Source: an uncultured Sulfurimonas sp.
GTDB taxonomy: Bacteria > Campylobacterota > Campylobacteria > Campylobacterales > Sulfurimonadaceae
Reading direction: 5' to 3'
Assembly: GCA_937900945.1 (NCBI GenBank)
Contig: CALCGG010000065.1
Span: 1 to 57,504, forward strand
Length of the DNA stretch: 57,504 nt
Shown here: positions 48,828 through 57,504 of the stretch, piece after piece
How the letters are laid out: the number at the start of each line of letters is the position of its first letter
How positions within the stretch are numbered: position 1 is the stretch's first letter
The notes under the pieces: generated by a model
Told to the model about the DNA's origin: nothing
The model's database searches: none
What the model saw: the letters and a program-made list of their open reading frames with translations, nothing else
Position numbers and translations under genes: made by a program

Positions 48828-49576
48828 ATTTTTCCATAAACCAGCTAAGCTCTTTAGCAAAGCTTATTTCCACCAATCCCAATGAGGCTAAAGCATTTAT
48901 AAAGTTAGCCTCTGTGGATGTACTAAAATCATTAGGCGATGGAAAATACACCATTGTTCTTGATAACAAAACACTCACGGCACAAAGCGATAAACCTTTA
49001 AGCGAGGGTGCAAAATACTGGTCGCAGCTCACACAGCCGAAAAACGGAACCGCCCAGCTCTCAAATCTGCAGAAAATGCCTCAGCAGTTACAAAATTTGC
49101 AAAACTCTCAATTTGAATACTCTTTAAAAGATTTACAGACTCTCTTAAAATCCCAAAAACCTGAAACACTCATGAAACAAAATTTACTGGAGCATTTGAG
49201 TAGTGCCAGCACAAAAGATGAATTTTCTTCCCTTTCAAACCTTTTGCTATCCCTGCAAAACAACACGTTAACGATTCCGATTCGCCAAGACAACTATTTT
49301 TCTATTTTACAATTTAAAAAAAGGTACAATAAGAAATCAAAAAGAACTCAGCTGGATTTTTATGCGGCACTGGAGTTTTTAGGACCAGTCTCGGGCGTTA
49401 TAACACTCGAAGACGGCTCTGTAAATATAGACTTAAATGTTGCATTCGATAAAACAAAAAACTTTCTGGAAGATGATATGGATAACTTTTCTTATGATAT
49501 AAATATTTCTCTTGTTGAAAATATCGAACCCCTGTACAATGCAAACAACAACGCACTTCTGGATGTCAGTATATGA
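48824..49576 (+). CDS. Hypothetical protein, possible FliK-like C-terminal domain
   Basis: Coupled between coaBC and uppS; LEFLGPVSGVI is reminiscent of the FliK_C L--LG-V motif (weak). Confidence 0.6.
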   Translation: MNFSINQLSSLAKLISTNPNEAKAFIKLASVDVLKSLGDGKYTIVLDNKTLTAQSDKPLSEGAKYWSQLTQPKNGTAQLSNLQKMPQQLQNLQNSQFEYSLKDLQTLLKSQKPETLMKQNLLEHLSSASTKDEFSSLSNLLLSLQNNTLTIPIRQDNYFSILQFKKRYNKKSKRTQLDFYAALEFLGPVSGVITLEDGSVNIDLNVAFDKTKNFLEDDMDNFSYDINISLVENIEPLYNANNNALLDVSI

Positions 49577-50250
49577 ATACAGAGACACACATAGCAATCA
49601 TCATGGACGGAAACGGCCGTTGGGCTGAATTGCAAGGCAAAAAGAGGGTCAAAGGACATGAGGCAGGTGCGAAAGTTGTCAAAGAGATAACAACTTACTG
49701 TTCTAACAACAAAGATATAGAGCGACTGACGCTGTATGCTTTTTCAACTGAAAACTGGAAAAGACCTAGACTCGAAGTTGAATTTTTGATGAAACTTTTA
49801 GAACAATACTTAAAAAATGAACTACCTGTTTATCTGCAAAATAATGTTCGTTTTGAACCGATAGGCGACATAAGAGCTTTTTCAAAGTCGCTTCAAAAAA
49901 CCATAAAAGATGTGCAGGAAAAAACTGCCCATTGTGACGGTTTGGTACAGTCTTTAGCGCTAAATTACGGGTCACAAAATGAAATACTAAGAGCAGTCAA
50001 TAAAATAAAAAACGATGAAGATGATATAACAGAGGCTATGCTCTCAAATGCACTGGACTGCAAACATGATGTGGATATTCTCATCAGAACCGGCGGAGAC
50101 CACAGACTTTCAAACTTTTTACTCTGGCAGTCAGCATACGCAGAACTTTTCTTTTGTGATACATTATGGCCGGACTTTACAACAAATGAGTTAGAAAAAA
50201 TACTCAAAGATTTTAAAAAAATTGAACGCCGTTTTGGAGGCTTAAAATAA
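49573..50250 (+). CDS. uppS: Undecaprenyl diphosphate synthase
   Basis: HIAIIMDGNGRWA, YAFSTENWKRP, RTGG-RLSNFLLWQ and RRFGG. Confidence 0.96.
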   Translation: MNTETHIAIIMDGNGRWAELQGKKRVKGHEAGAKVVKEITTYCSNNKDIERLTLYAFSTENWKRPRLEVEFLMKLLEQYLKNELPVYLQNNVRFEPIGDIRAFSKSLQKTIKDVQEKTAHCDGLVQSLALNYGSQNEILRAVNKIKNDEDDITEAMLSNALDCKHDVDILIRTGGDHRLSNFLLWQSAYAELFFCDTLWPDFTTNELEKILKDFKKIERRFGGLK

Positions 50251-51062
50251 TGGAACTCCTTTTTGCTTTTGTTTTTGGATCGGTAATCGGTTCGTTTTTA
50301 AATGTAGTGATTTTACGAATACCAAAAGATGAAAGTATTTTGTTTCCGGCTTCACACTGCTATGCATGTGGAAATACTCTTAAACCGTGGCATAACATCC
50401 CACTGTTTTCTTGGTTGTTTTTAAGAGGAAAATGTTCCTATTGCAGTACCAAGATATCTATCCAATACCCGGCAATAGAACTTTTCTCCGGTCTTATATT
50501 TGTAGTTTTAGCAAATAAATTTGGAATTAACCTCAGTGTTTTTTTAATAGGGCTCAGTTTTTTAATGCTTTTAGCTCTTTCTATGATAGATTTAAAATAT
50601 AAAATGATTCCAGACAGCTTAAACCTTTTGGCTTTAGCTTTTGCAATATTTGGAGCTTGGAGCATCAGCGGAGTGTTTATAAACCTGCAAAATGCACTTT
50701 TATTTGCCGGCGGATTTACACTGCTTAGATTTGCAATCTCTTACATGCTGACATCATCAGCGCATAGACATGCACAAAAAACCATAACACCATGGACTAA
50801 GAACTATCATACTTACCCATTTATCGAGGCTATGGGTGAAGGCGATATCATGGTAGCTGCAACCATGGGAGCACTTCTTGGAGTTAAACTCACACTTGTT
50901 GCTATCTTTTTATCAGCAGTTTTAGCACTTCCCGTCATGCTTGTGCAAAGAAGAATAAATGAAGAAAAAACAATACCCTTTGTACCATTTTTAGCATTAG
51001 CTACATTTATAGTTTATGTGTTTGATTCCCCGATTTTATCTTATATAGAGGCAAATTACTAA
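50250..51062 (+). CDS. Prepilin peptidase (A24, PilD-like)
   Basis: GSFLNVVI-R, two CxxC pairs, IDLKY-IPD, MGEGD and IPFVPFL. Confidence 0.9.
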   Translation: MELLFAFVFGSVIGSFLNVVILRIPKDESILFPASHCYACGNTLKPWHNIPLFSWLFLRGKCSYCSTKISIQYPAIELFSGLIFVVLANKFGINLSVFLIGLSFLMLLALSMIDLKYKMIPDSLNLLALAFAIFGAWSISGVFINLQNALLFAGGFTLLRFAISYMLTSSAHRHAQKTITPWTKNYHTYPFIEAMGEGDIMVAATMGALLGVKLTLVAIFLSAVLALPVMLVQRRINEEKTIPFVPFLALATFIVYVFDSPILSYIEANY

Positions 51063-51064
51063 AT

Positions 51065-52084
51065 ATGAAGAGATTAAGAAAATATATTATTGCCAACCTG
51101 TCTATGCTATTTTTAACAATATTTCTACCGCTGTTTAGCATAGCATCTGTTATTTTTTTAATCAAGCTGGCTACTTATACATCAGTAATTCAGCTGAGTA
51201 TTTGGGAAATGTCTAAACTATACTTCTTTATTTTGCCTGAGATTTTGTTCTATACACTTCCTGTGACTTTTTTTATAGCAGCTACCTTATCTATATTTAA
51301 ACTCTCAACTGATAATGAAATTGTTGTACTTTTTGCACTTGGCATCCACCCAAACTTTATTATAAAAACATTAGTGAAGCCTGCCCTGCTTTTATCTATC
51401 GTTTTGTTATTTGATTTTTTTATCCTCTTTCCGCATGCGACCGTTTTGTCAAGTAATTTTATTTCCTATAAAAAAAGTGAAGCAAAGTTCAACCTTTCTG
51501 CCTCTGAATTTGGGCATAGTTTTGGAGACTGGCTGCTTTATGTAGGAAAAAATAATCCAGACGGTACCTATGGGAATGTCTTCTTATTTAACAAAAATAA
51601 GAAAGAAGAAGTTTTAGTAAGTGCTAAAGAAGCAGAAATCATCAATGATTCTGCTATTTTACGATTAAAACTAAGTAATGGCGAAGGTTACAGCTACTCA
51701 AAAGAGAAGTTTTCACAAATCAATTTTAATACAATGTTTATCAATGACACCATGACAACAGACTTGACGACATACAAAACAGCTTTAGGATACTGGCTCT
51801 CAGATGAAAGAAAAGACAGCAAAAGACGTATGTTTATTACAGATTCACTGCTTAGTATATTTCCTCTGCTTAGTTTATTGTTAGTCGCGAGCATTGGCAT
51901 AGTTCATGTCAGGCAGCAGCAAGGAAGGATATATCTCTACATGTTTTTAAGTATAGCCGTCTATTACGGAGCTATTCTGGGACTTCAGGATCTCATATCT
52001 TTTTATACGATTCCAGTTGTTTTTCTAACTTGGATGATTGCAACTTATATTATTTATAAAAAGACCATAGTAGCCAGATTTTAG
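51065..52084 (+). CDS. LptF/LptG-family LPS export permease
   Basis: Three TM + periplasmic beta domain + three TM; LPEILFYTLP and DNEIVVLFALG. Confidence 0.85.
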   Translation: MKRLRKYIIANLSMLFLTIFLPLFSIASVIFLIKLATYTSVIQLSIWEMSKLYFFILPEILFYTLPVTFFIAATLSIFKLSTDNEIVVLFALGIHPNFIIKTLVKPALLLSIVLLFDFFILFPHATVLSSNFISYKKSEAKFNLSASEFGHSFGDWLLYVGKNNPDGTYGNVFLFNKNKKEEVLVSAKEAEIINDSAILRLKLSNGEGYSYSKEKFSQINFNTMFINDTMTTDLTTYKTALGYWLSDERKDSKRRMFITDSLLSIFPLLSLLLVASIGIVHVRQQQGRIYLYMFLSIAVYYGAILGLQDLISFYTIPVVFLTWMIATYIIYKKTIVARF

Positions 52085-52798
52085 ATGCGATGCGCACTTA
52101 CTATTGCTTATAACGGTAGAAACTTTTTCGGTTCTCAAATACAAAAAGAGACAAGCAATACTATCCTTGGCAATTTAGAACATGTACTCAAGCAACTCGG
52201 GATAAATTTCAGGGTTGTAGCCTCAGGCAGAACGGACAAAGGTGTTCATGCGACAGGTCAAATCTGTCATGTAGATTTACCTGAGTTTTGGGATGACTTG
52301 GAAAAACTCAAAAAAGTTTTAAACCAGATGCTTCCCTCTTCCATACATGTAAAGAATATAAAAGCTGTCAGTGATGATTTTCACGCAAGATATGGTGCTA
52401 AAAAAAGAGTTTACAGATACATCATTAAACAAGAGAGTTCCAACCCATTTTTCAATGATTTTGTCACTTTTTTAGAACATGTAGAGTTTGAAAAACTGCA
52501 AAAAAACATCAGATTTTTCATAGGAGAACATGATTTTAAAAATTTTATGAAAACAGGAAGCGATGTGAACTCTACAACAAGAGTCGTCTACAGAGCCTTT
52601 GCCTACAAGCACAAAGGCTTTATAGTCTTGAACTTTGAAGCAAATGGATTTTTAAGAAGTCAAATCCGCCTCATGGTTGGCGCACTCTTAAAGCTCACAA
52701 AAGAAGAGATACAAGAACAGCTCGAATGTAAAAAGACTCACAAAATCAAGCCTGCTCCGGCAAACGGACTCTATCTGGCAAAAATAAAATACTCATAA
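52085..52798 (+). CDS. truA: tRNA pseudouridine(38-40) synthase
   Basis: SGRTDKGVHA, FHARY, GEHDF, GFLRSQIR and PAPANGLYL. Confidence 0.96.
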   Translation: MRCALTIAYNGRNFFGSQIQKETSNTILGNLEHVLKQLGINFRVVASGRTDKGVHATGQICHVDLPEFWDDLEKLKKVLNQMLPSSIHVKNIKAVSDDFHARYGAKKRVYRYIIKQESSNPFFNDFVTFLEHVEFEKLQKNIRFFIGEHDFKNFMKTGSDVNSTTRVVYRAFAYKHKGFIVLNFEANGFLRSQIRLMVGALLKLTKEEIQEQLECKKTHKIKPAPANGLYLAKIKYS

Positions 52799-52812
52799 AG
52801 AGCAGTTTACAA

Positions 52813-53919
52813 CTACTCTACTCTAAAATACTCATGCTTAAGAATCGTAAACTTTTGTAACTCTTTATCCCCATCAAGATTTAACCCCTTCAGAGCTTTT
52901 GGATTAACAACATAGTAACCAAGCTGCATCTCAACCACATCACCACTCTTAAGGGTGTCAGTGTACTTTACAACTCTCTTTTCCTTGGCTTTTATCATTG
53001 TGTCTTTTAAAACTGCATTTGCCACCCAAGGCATTGTCGGTTTATTATCACGACCGATGATTTTAACAAAAGTATGTGTCTGAAGTGTTTGTGTCTTAGT
53101 ATCTCTTATCAGATTTGCTCTAAGCTGAACAACTCTGAGCGGGTGCGTCATAAGGTTGTGTGGAGCCTTATTGTTTATGGTAACACTAAAACCATCCGAT
53201 GTTTTTTCAAAAGAGAGTTCAACATATTGAGACAACATCTCTGACTTATGTCTTGCTCCGGCGAAACCATGAAAAGCATGCTTCTTGCTTATTCTAATCG
53301 TCGTTGCACTTCCATCTACCTTTGGCATGTGACACGTTATACAGTTTTCCTTTTTATCTTTCGCACCCTCTTCATCCGTTTTACAGATACTGAATTCTTC
53401 TGCATTTTGCTTATGTGAATGACATCCCATACATACCTGAGCTGTATAAAAGTTCTCATTTGTGTAGTCAAGGTTGTGATAAGGTGAACCGACCGTTGAT
53501 GTACTCATGCCAAGCATGGATGTCTCTATTTTATAATTCGTTTTCTCATTCTCTCTGCCTGCCTCAGCTGAAAAGAATGTTTTCGGCTCTGTGGCATACA
53601 CATTTTTATTTACTCTACTGTGAATTTCCACATCTTTTATAGTGTGACAGCTTGAACATGAGATGCCCTGTTTTGAGTCATCCTCTGTTTTGGCATTTGG
53701 AGTGTGACATTGTGCACACTTATAATCATTTTTTGCTTTATCCGGATGTTTATCCCAGACAGCTTTATGAACTTTATCGTCATAAATTGAAGATTTTTTA
53801 TGCATAGAATCTTGAAACTCCTGCGCAATATCCGGATGACACTTTTTACAAGTATTTATTTCATCATTAGCTAAAAGCAGTGAGTACAACGCAACTATGA
53901 AAATCAAAATCTTAATCAT
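52813..53919 (-). CDS. Periplasmic pentaheme c-type cytochrome (c554/c552-like) with heme-free C-terminal domain
   Basis: Five CxxCH motifs (CKKCH, CAQCH, CSSCH, CMGCH, CITCH); signal peptide from MIKIL. Start set at 53919 (AAGGA RBS; promoter elements lie within the longer ORF). Confidence 0.88.
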   Translation of the reverse strand: MIKILIFIVALYSLLLANDEINTCKKCHPDIAQEFQDSMHKKSSIYDDKVHKAVWDKHPDKAKNDYKCAQCHTPNAKTEDDSKQGISCSSCHTIKDVEIHSRVNKNVYATEPKTFFSAEAGRENEKTNYKIETSMLGMSTSTVGSPYHNLDYTNENFYTAQVCMGCHSHKQNAEEFSICKTDEEGAKDKKENCITCHMPKVDGSATTIRISKKHAFHGFAGARHKSEMLSQYVELSFEKTSDGFSVTINNKAPHNLMTHPLRVVQLRANLIRDTKTQTLQTHTFVKIIGRDNKPTMPWVANAVLKDTMIKAKEKRVVKYTDTLKSGDVVEMQLGYYVVNPKALKGLNLDGDKELQKFTILKHEYFRVE

Positions 53920-53951
53920 ATAAAATATCCTTCTAATTATTATAAGCTGAA

Positions 53952-53960
53952 ATTTTATCA
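53952..53960 (-). promoter_or_regulatory. Extended -10 (TGaTAAAAT) of the cytochrome gene
   Basis: Minus-strand TGnTAAAAT, 32 bp upstream of the ATG at 53919. Confidence 0.55.
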
Positions 53961-53978
53961 TACGACAGAACACTTCGC

Positions 53979-53992
53979 TTGATTTATATCAA
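53979..53992. promoter_or_regulatory. Crp/Fnr-family (FNR/Dnr/Nss-type) binding site
   Basis: Perfect TTGAT-TTAT-ATCAA, centred roughly 41 bp upstream of the transcription start implied by the -10 box. Confidence 0.75.
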
Positions 53993-54028
53993 AATTACAA
54001 TTCAATTATCGGCATTTGATGATTAAGA

Positions 54029-54253
54029 TTATTTAGCGAGTTGAAAATTCACCCATGCAAAGTAAAGGTTACCTATAAGTGCGATGACAACACCTGCAAC
54101 CGGTATCACAACCGCTGCATTGAGTAAAAAATGTATAAATGTCGGCTTCAAAGTCTGTCCAAAAGGATGTTTTACAATAGCTATCCTTACAATAAATGTC
54201 CCGATAAAACCTAAAAAGAATGTTACCAACCCTGCAATAATTTTTATAATCAT
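54029..54253 (-). CDS. Small 2-TM hypothetical membrane protein
   Basis: Two hydrophobic helices; AGGAG RBS before the ATG at 54253; TGATATAAT at 54304-54312. Confidence 0.65.
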   Translation of the reverse strand: MIIKIIAGLVTFFLGFIGTFIVRIAIVKHPFGQTLKPTFIHFLLNAAVVIPVAGVVIALIGNLYFAWVNFQLAK

Positions 54254-54441
54254 AGTATCTCCTGAAATATTTTTATAGAGCGAAAACTCCATAAAAGTTA
54301 CATATTATATCAAATATGCCCATATTTCAAAATCACTTTTATATCCAGGCAACAAACTTATCTCGCAAAAATCATATATTAATTTTTTTCGTTAAAAAAA
54401 GAGTTATTTAGATAAAATAATCAAAACTATGAGGAAAACTC

Positions 54442-55554
54442 TTGAAAATAATCCACTTCAGCGATACCCACCTAGGCTACAGTGACCTTGAAGTTCTCAA
54501 TGAAGAGAACATAAACCAAAGAGAAGCAGATTTTTATGATGCATTTTTGCAAGTCATCAAACAAATAAAAAAAATCAAACCCGACTACATCATCCATACG
54601 GGTGATTTGTTTCACCGTTCAAGCCCAAGCAACCGAGCCATAACCTTTGCACTTGAACAGTTCAAGATTATAAACGCTCTGAACATCCCGTTTATCCTCA
54701 TAGCTGGAAACCACTCGACTCCACGAACAAACCTGAGCTCACCCATTTTAAAAATCTTTGAGAACTTTGAGAACATACATGTGTCTTACAACCAAGAGTA
54801 CAAAAAAGTGGAGTTTAAAGACACAGTTTTCCACACCCTGCCCCACATGAATGATGAAACAACTGCTCTCTCACAAATCGAGCTTTGCGAAACACAAATC
54901 GACAAGAAAAAAAAGAATATCATGATGATGCACTGCTCCGTTGGTGCAACTTATCTCATGCAGGAGTTCGGTGAGTGGGTTTATCCTCGTGATAAAGAAT
55001 ACATCTTCGAGAAAATGGACTATGTAGCCTTAGGACATTGGCACGGTTTCGGACAGGTCGGCAAACATGCCAATGTCTACTACAGCGGTTCAACAGAACG
55101 CACAAGCTTGAACGACAAACGCAACTCAAAAGGGTTTGTAGAAATCAACTTAAGTGATGAATTGCTTATAGAATTTAAAGAGATAAAAATCCGTCCAATA
55201 ATCCAAAAAAAACTTGACTGCGAAGACTATGAAAATGCGCTCATAGATGCAAGCGACACAGAAGATGCCATAGTCGAAGTAAGACTCACAAATCTGACCG
55301 CTTTGCAATCCATCGACATCCAAAACTCCGACATAAAAAAGATGTTTCCAGATGCCATGAGCGTAAATGTAAAACGGGAGTTCAAGCACGGTGCAAACGA
55401 GACAGACCTGAGCGACATTGAAGCACTCTCTTTGGAAGAGTTCTTTTTAGAGCACATCAAAGAGGACTCGAACGAAAAAGAGTACGACAGGCTCAAAGGT
55501 AAAGTACAAGAACTGTTTGCACAGTATGAGGAGGCTCGTGATGATTCTCTCTAA
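54442..55554 (+). CDS. sbcD: SbcD/Mre11-family nuclease
   Basis: SDTHLG, GDLF, GNH, MHC and DYVALGHWH; YSGSTE; TTG start with GAGG RBS. Confidence 0.9.
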   Translation: MKIIHFSDTHLGYSDLEVLNEENINQREADFYDAFLQVIKQIKKIKPDYIIHTGDLFHRSSPSNRAITFALEQFKIINALNIPFILIAGNHSTPRTNLSSPILKIFENFENIHVSYNQEYKKVEFKDTVFHTLPHMNDETTALSQIELCETQIDKKKKNIMMMHCSVGATYLMQEFGEWVYPRDKEYIFEKMDYVALGHWHGFGQVGKHANVYYSGSTERTSLNDKRNSKGFVEINLSDELLIEFKEIKIRPIIQKKLDCEDYENALIDASDTEDAIVEVRLTNLTALQSIDIQNSDIKKMFPDAMSVNVKREFKHGANETDLSDIEALSLEEFFLEHIKEDSNEKEYDRLKGKVQELFAQYEEARDDSL

Positions 55555-57504
55555 ACTCCATCTTGAAAACTTCAAAAAGTACACCACATATGACATCGAA
55601 TTTGGCGAAGGACTTATCGGTATCATCGGCAAAAACGGAAGCGGAAAATCCACCATTTTTGAAGCGATACTTTTCGCACTCTACGGCGAGGCTAAAAAAA
55701 GAGGAAACAAAGAGTTGGTACGAAATGCCAATGCCTCGACTAAAGACCCCGTAATAGTAGAACTTGAGTTTGAATTTGAGTCTGCTCTGTACAAAGTGGC
55801 AAGAGAGTTTCGCGGAAAAGCTCTAAGTGCAAACGCAAAGCTATCCAAAAACGGCTCTCTAACCACCACAGGAGCCAAAGAAGTAACAAGCGCCATAGTC
55901 AGCCTTACCAAGATGAGTAAAGACGCTTTTATGCATACTCTCTTCGCTTCACAAAAAGAGCTTACAAGTCTAAGCACTCTCAACAATGAAGAGCGTAAAA
56001 AAATGATACGAAAACTTCTCGGTTTGGAGAAAATAGACTTTGTAGAAAAAGAGCTTGTAGCAAAGAGAATTAAACTCAAAAATGAGATAAGCGCCTTTGA
56101 TGAAGTTCTGCTAAGCGCTGATGATGTAAAAGAAAAACAAGAGCAGATAAAAACCAACCAAGCAACAAAGGAAGCGCTTGCCAAAGATGTAGAACTAAAA
56201 ACAAAAGAGCTAGAAGCCATAAAATTTCATGAGCAAAAGCTCAAAAAAGAACTCGAAATCTTTACCAAAACCAAAGAGCAGAAACAGAAGCTTTTCTCAG
56301 AGCTTGAACTCATAAAAAACACGAAAAGCTCAGAGATAATGAACGAAGTAAAACTCATCGCCGAAAACCATGAACTGGAGCACAAGCAGGAAAAACTCAC
56401 AGAACTAGCAACAGTAAAAACAGACTATCTCTCACTTCAAGAACAGCTAAAAAGCCAAGAGAAACTCAAAGAGTTCCACCTGAAAAAAGAGGGACTCACC
56501 AAAGAGCTGGTACAGCTAAGAGAACAATACACCAAAGGCAAATCAGACATTCACACTTTGGAAAAAGCCTGTGAAAACTACGATGAGCTTCTCTTTAACG
56601 CAAAAAACCTAGAAGTAAATCTCGGCATGTTGCAAGAGCAAATCAGCACCAAACACACCATAGAGAACGAACTCAAAGCCGAAATAGCAGGCGAGCAAAA
56701 GCAGATTGACATCACAAACGAAAAAATCGCAAATCTTGAAAAACTCGGAAGCGACTCAGCCTGCCCTACATGTACAAGACCGCTTTTAGAAGAGTATGAC
56801 AATGTCATCAACTCGCTTGTTTCAGTCGTAAACAACACCCACCAGAAGAAAATTGACGAGTACAAAAAACAACTTCAAAACGTAGTGACACAAAAAGGTG
56901 TATTTGAAGCAGAAAAGAAACTCAAAGACAAAGAATTTCTGGAACTCTCAACCACTCTCAAAGTGATGGAGAGCAAACAAAAAGACTTAAAAATTGCACA
57001 AGAGCATTTCAAACAGGTGGAACAAAAAGGCTTAAAAAACAAAGAGGAACTCAAAGAGCTGGAGCAATACGCTTACGATGAGAAACAACATGAGAGCGTC
57101 AAAAACAGTTTCACTCTGCTGGAGGCGCAGTACAAACATGTAATGATTTTGGAAACAGAGCTAAAAAGATTACCGCAAGTAAAAGCAGAACTCGCAAGCG
57201 TAACGAAAAAAATCGTAGAGTTAAGCACTGCCAGAAAAGCCAAAGAGGCAGAGTTTAACCTCGTCATCTACGAAGATGTAAAGCACAAACACTCGCTTGA
57301 AGAACATGAGGGAACACTCAAAACCATAAACTCAAAAACATCAATATTAAATGATATCAAAGTGCAAATTGCAAGCATTGGCGGCGAAATAAAAACTATC
57401 CACAACGCCCTTGACAACAACGAACTACAAAAGAAAAAAGTACAGACAAAAAAAGATGATTTGCTCGACTACGAGAAAATCAAAACAAGCCTCGCAGAGT
57501 TCAA
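55541..57504 (+). CDS. sbcC: SbcC/Rad50-family SMC ATPase (partial, runs off the window)
   Basis: Not in the ORF track. ATG at 55541 gives MILSKLHLENFKKY…GKNGSGKST (Walker A), Q-loop FASQKEL, long coiled coil and an in-frame zinc hook CPTC at 56762-56773. Confidence 0.92.
   Translation, partial: MILSKLHLENFKKYTTYDIEFGEGLIGIIGKNGSGKSTIFEAILFALYGEAKKRGNKELVRNANASTKDPVIVELEFEFESALYKVAREFRGKALSANAKLSKNGSLTTTGAKEVTSAIVSLTKMSKDAFMHTLFASQKELTSLSTLNNEERKKMIRKLLGLEKIDFVEKELVAKRIKLKNEISAFDEVLLSADDVKEKQEQIKTNQATKEALAKDVELKTKELEAIKFHEQKLKKELEIFTKTKEQKQKLFSELELIKNTKSSEIMNEVKLIAENHELEHKQEKLTELATVKTDYLSLQEQLKSQEKLKEFHLKKEGLTKELVQLREQYTKGKSDIHTLEKACENYDELLFNAKNLEVNLGMLQEQISTKHTIENELKAEIAGEQKQIDITNEKIANLEKLGSDSACPTCTRPLLEEYDNVINSLVSVVNNTHQKKIDEYKKQLQNVVTQKGVFEAEKKLKDKEFLELSTTLKVMESKQKDLKIAQEHFKQVEQKGLKNKEELKELEQYAYDEKQHESVKNSFTLLEAQYKHVMILETELKRLPQVKAELASVTKKIVELSTARKAKEAEFNLVIYEDVKHKHSLEEHEGTLKTINSKTSILNDIKVQIASIGGEIKTIHNALDNNELQKKKVQTKKDDLLDYEKIKTSLAEF

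Noticed and set aside
50250-51062. Prepilin peptidase as a sign of a local pilus/T2SS locus
   Set aside because: It sits in the conserved uppS-peptidase-lptF/G-truA run, and no pilins or secretion ATPases are in the window.
53920-53973. Longer N-terminus for the pentaheme cytochrome
   Set aside because: This stretch contains the RBS and -10 element; the signal peptide begins at 53919.
79-57267. About 70 short ORFs in the track that lie antisense to or in alternate frames of long genes (e.g. 79..267, 6287..6694, 12877..13218, 37579..37947, 55681..56220)
   Set aside because: They are shadows of well-supported genes, with no RBS or family motifs. Those at 79..267 and beyond 55563 overlap the edge-truncated porin and sbcC genes.

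Overview
AT-rich chromosomal window from a Campylobacterota bacterium, most likely Sulfurimonas-like (inferred from gene content and order). The conserved backbone is mog-bioV-ftsH-like-mtaB-mscS-aroB, trmA-fliP-motB-motA, glmU and coaBC-uppS-prepilin peptidase-lptF/G-truA. Four accessory-looking blocks sit in or beside it. (1) At the left edge, a porin / FMN-binding protein / two paralogous His-bearing membrane proteins / mntP unit converges on apbE. (2) Between motA and glmU lies a six-gene envelope glycosylation and dephosphorylation cluster. (3) Between glmU and coaBC lies a ~24 kb block with two ATP-grasp glutamate-ligase operons (rimB-rimK-ASTE deacylase-M42 peptidase; and exported DTGA protease-7TM inactive transglutaminase-ATP-grasp-ppk2-ybjT-like). 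This block also holds tamAB (TamB has an exact 372-aa tandem duplication), MscS, a pseudo-DAG-kinase/DUF389 fusion, CorA, MgtE, a Ca2+/H+ antiporter, a small scar of broken genes and a MITE-like element. (4) At the right are a pentaheme cytochrome c behind a perfect TTGAT-N4-ATCAA box and sbcD-sbcC (cut by the window edge). The best candidate for an undescribed system is block 3, read as a poly-glutamate/polyphosphate polyanion synthesis, export and turnover system coupled to Mg2+/Ca2+ transport. No rRNA, tRNA, CRISPR array, integrase or transposase was recognised. All family assignments come from motif recognition by eye, not from database searches.
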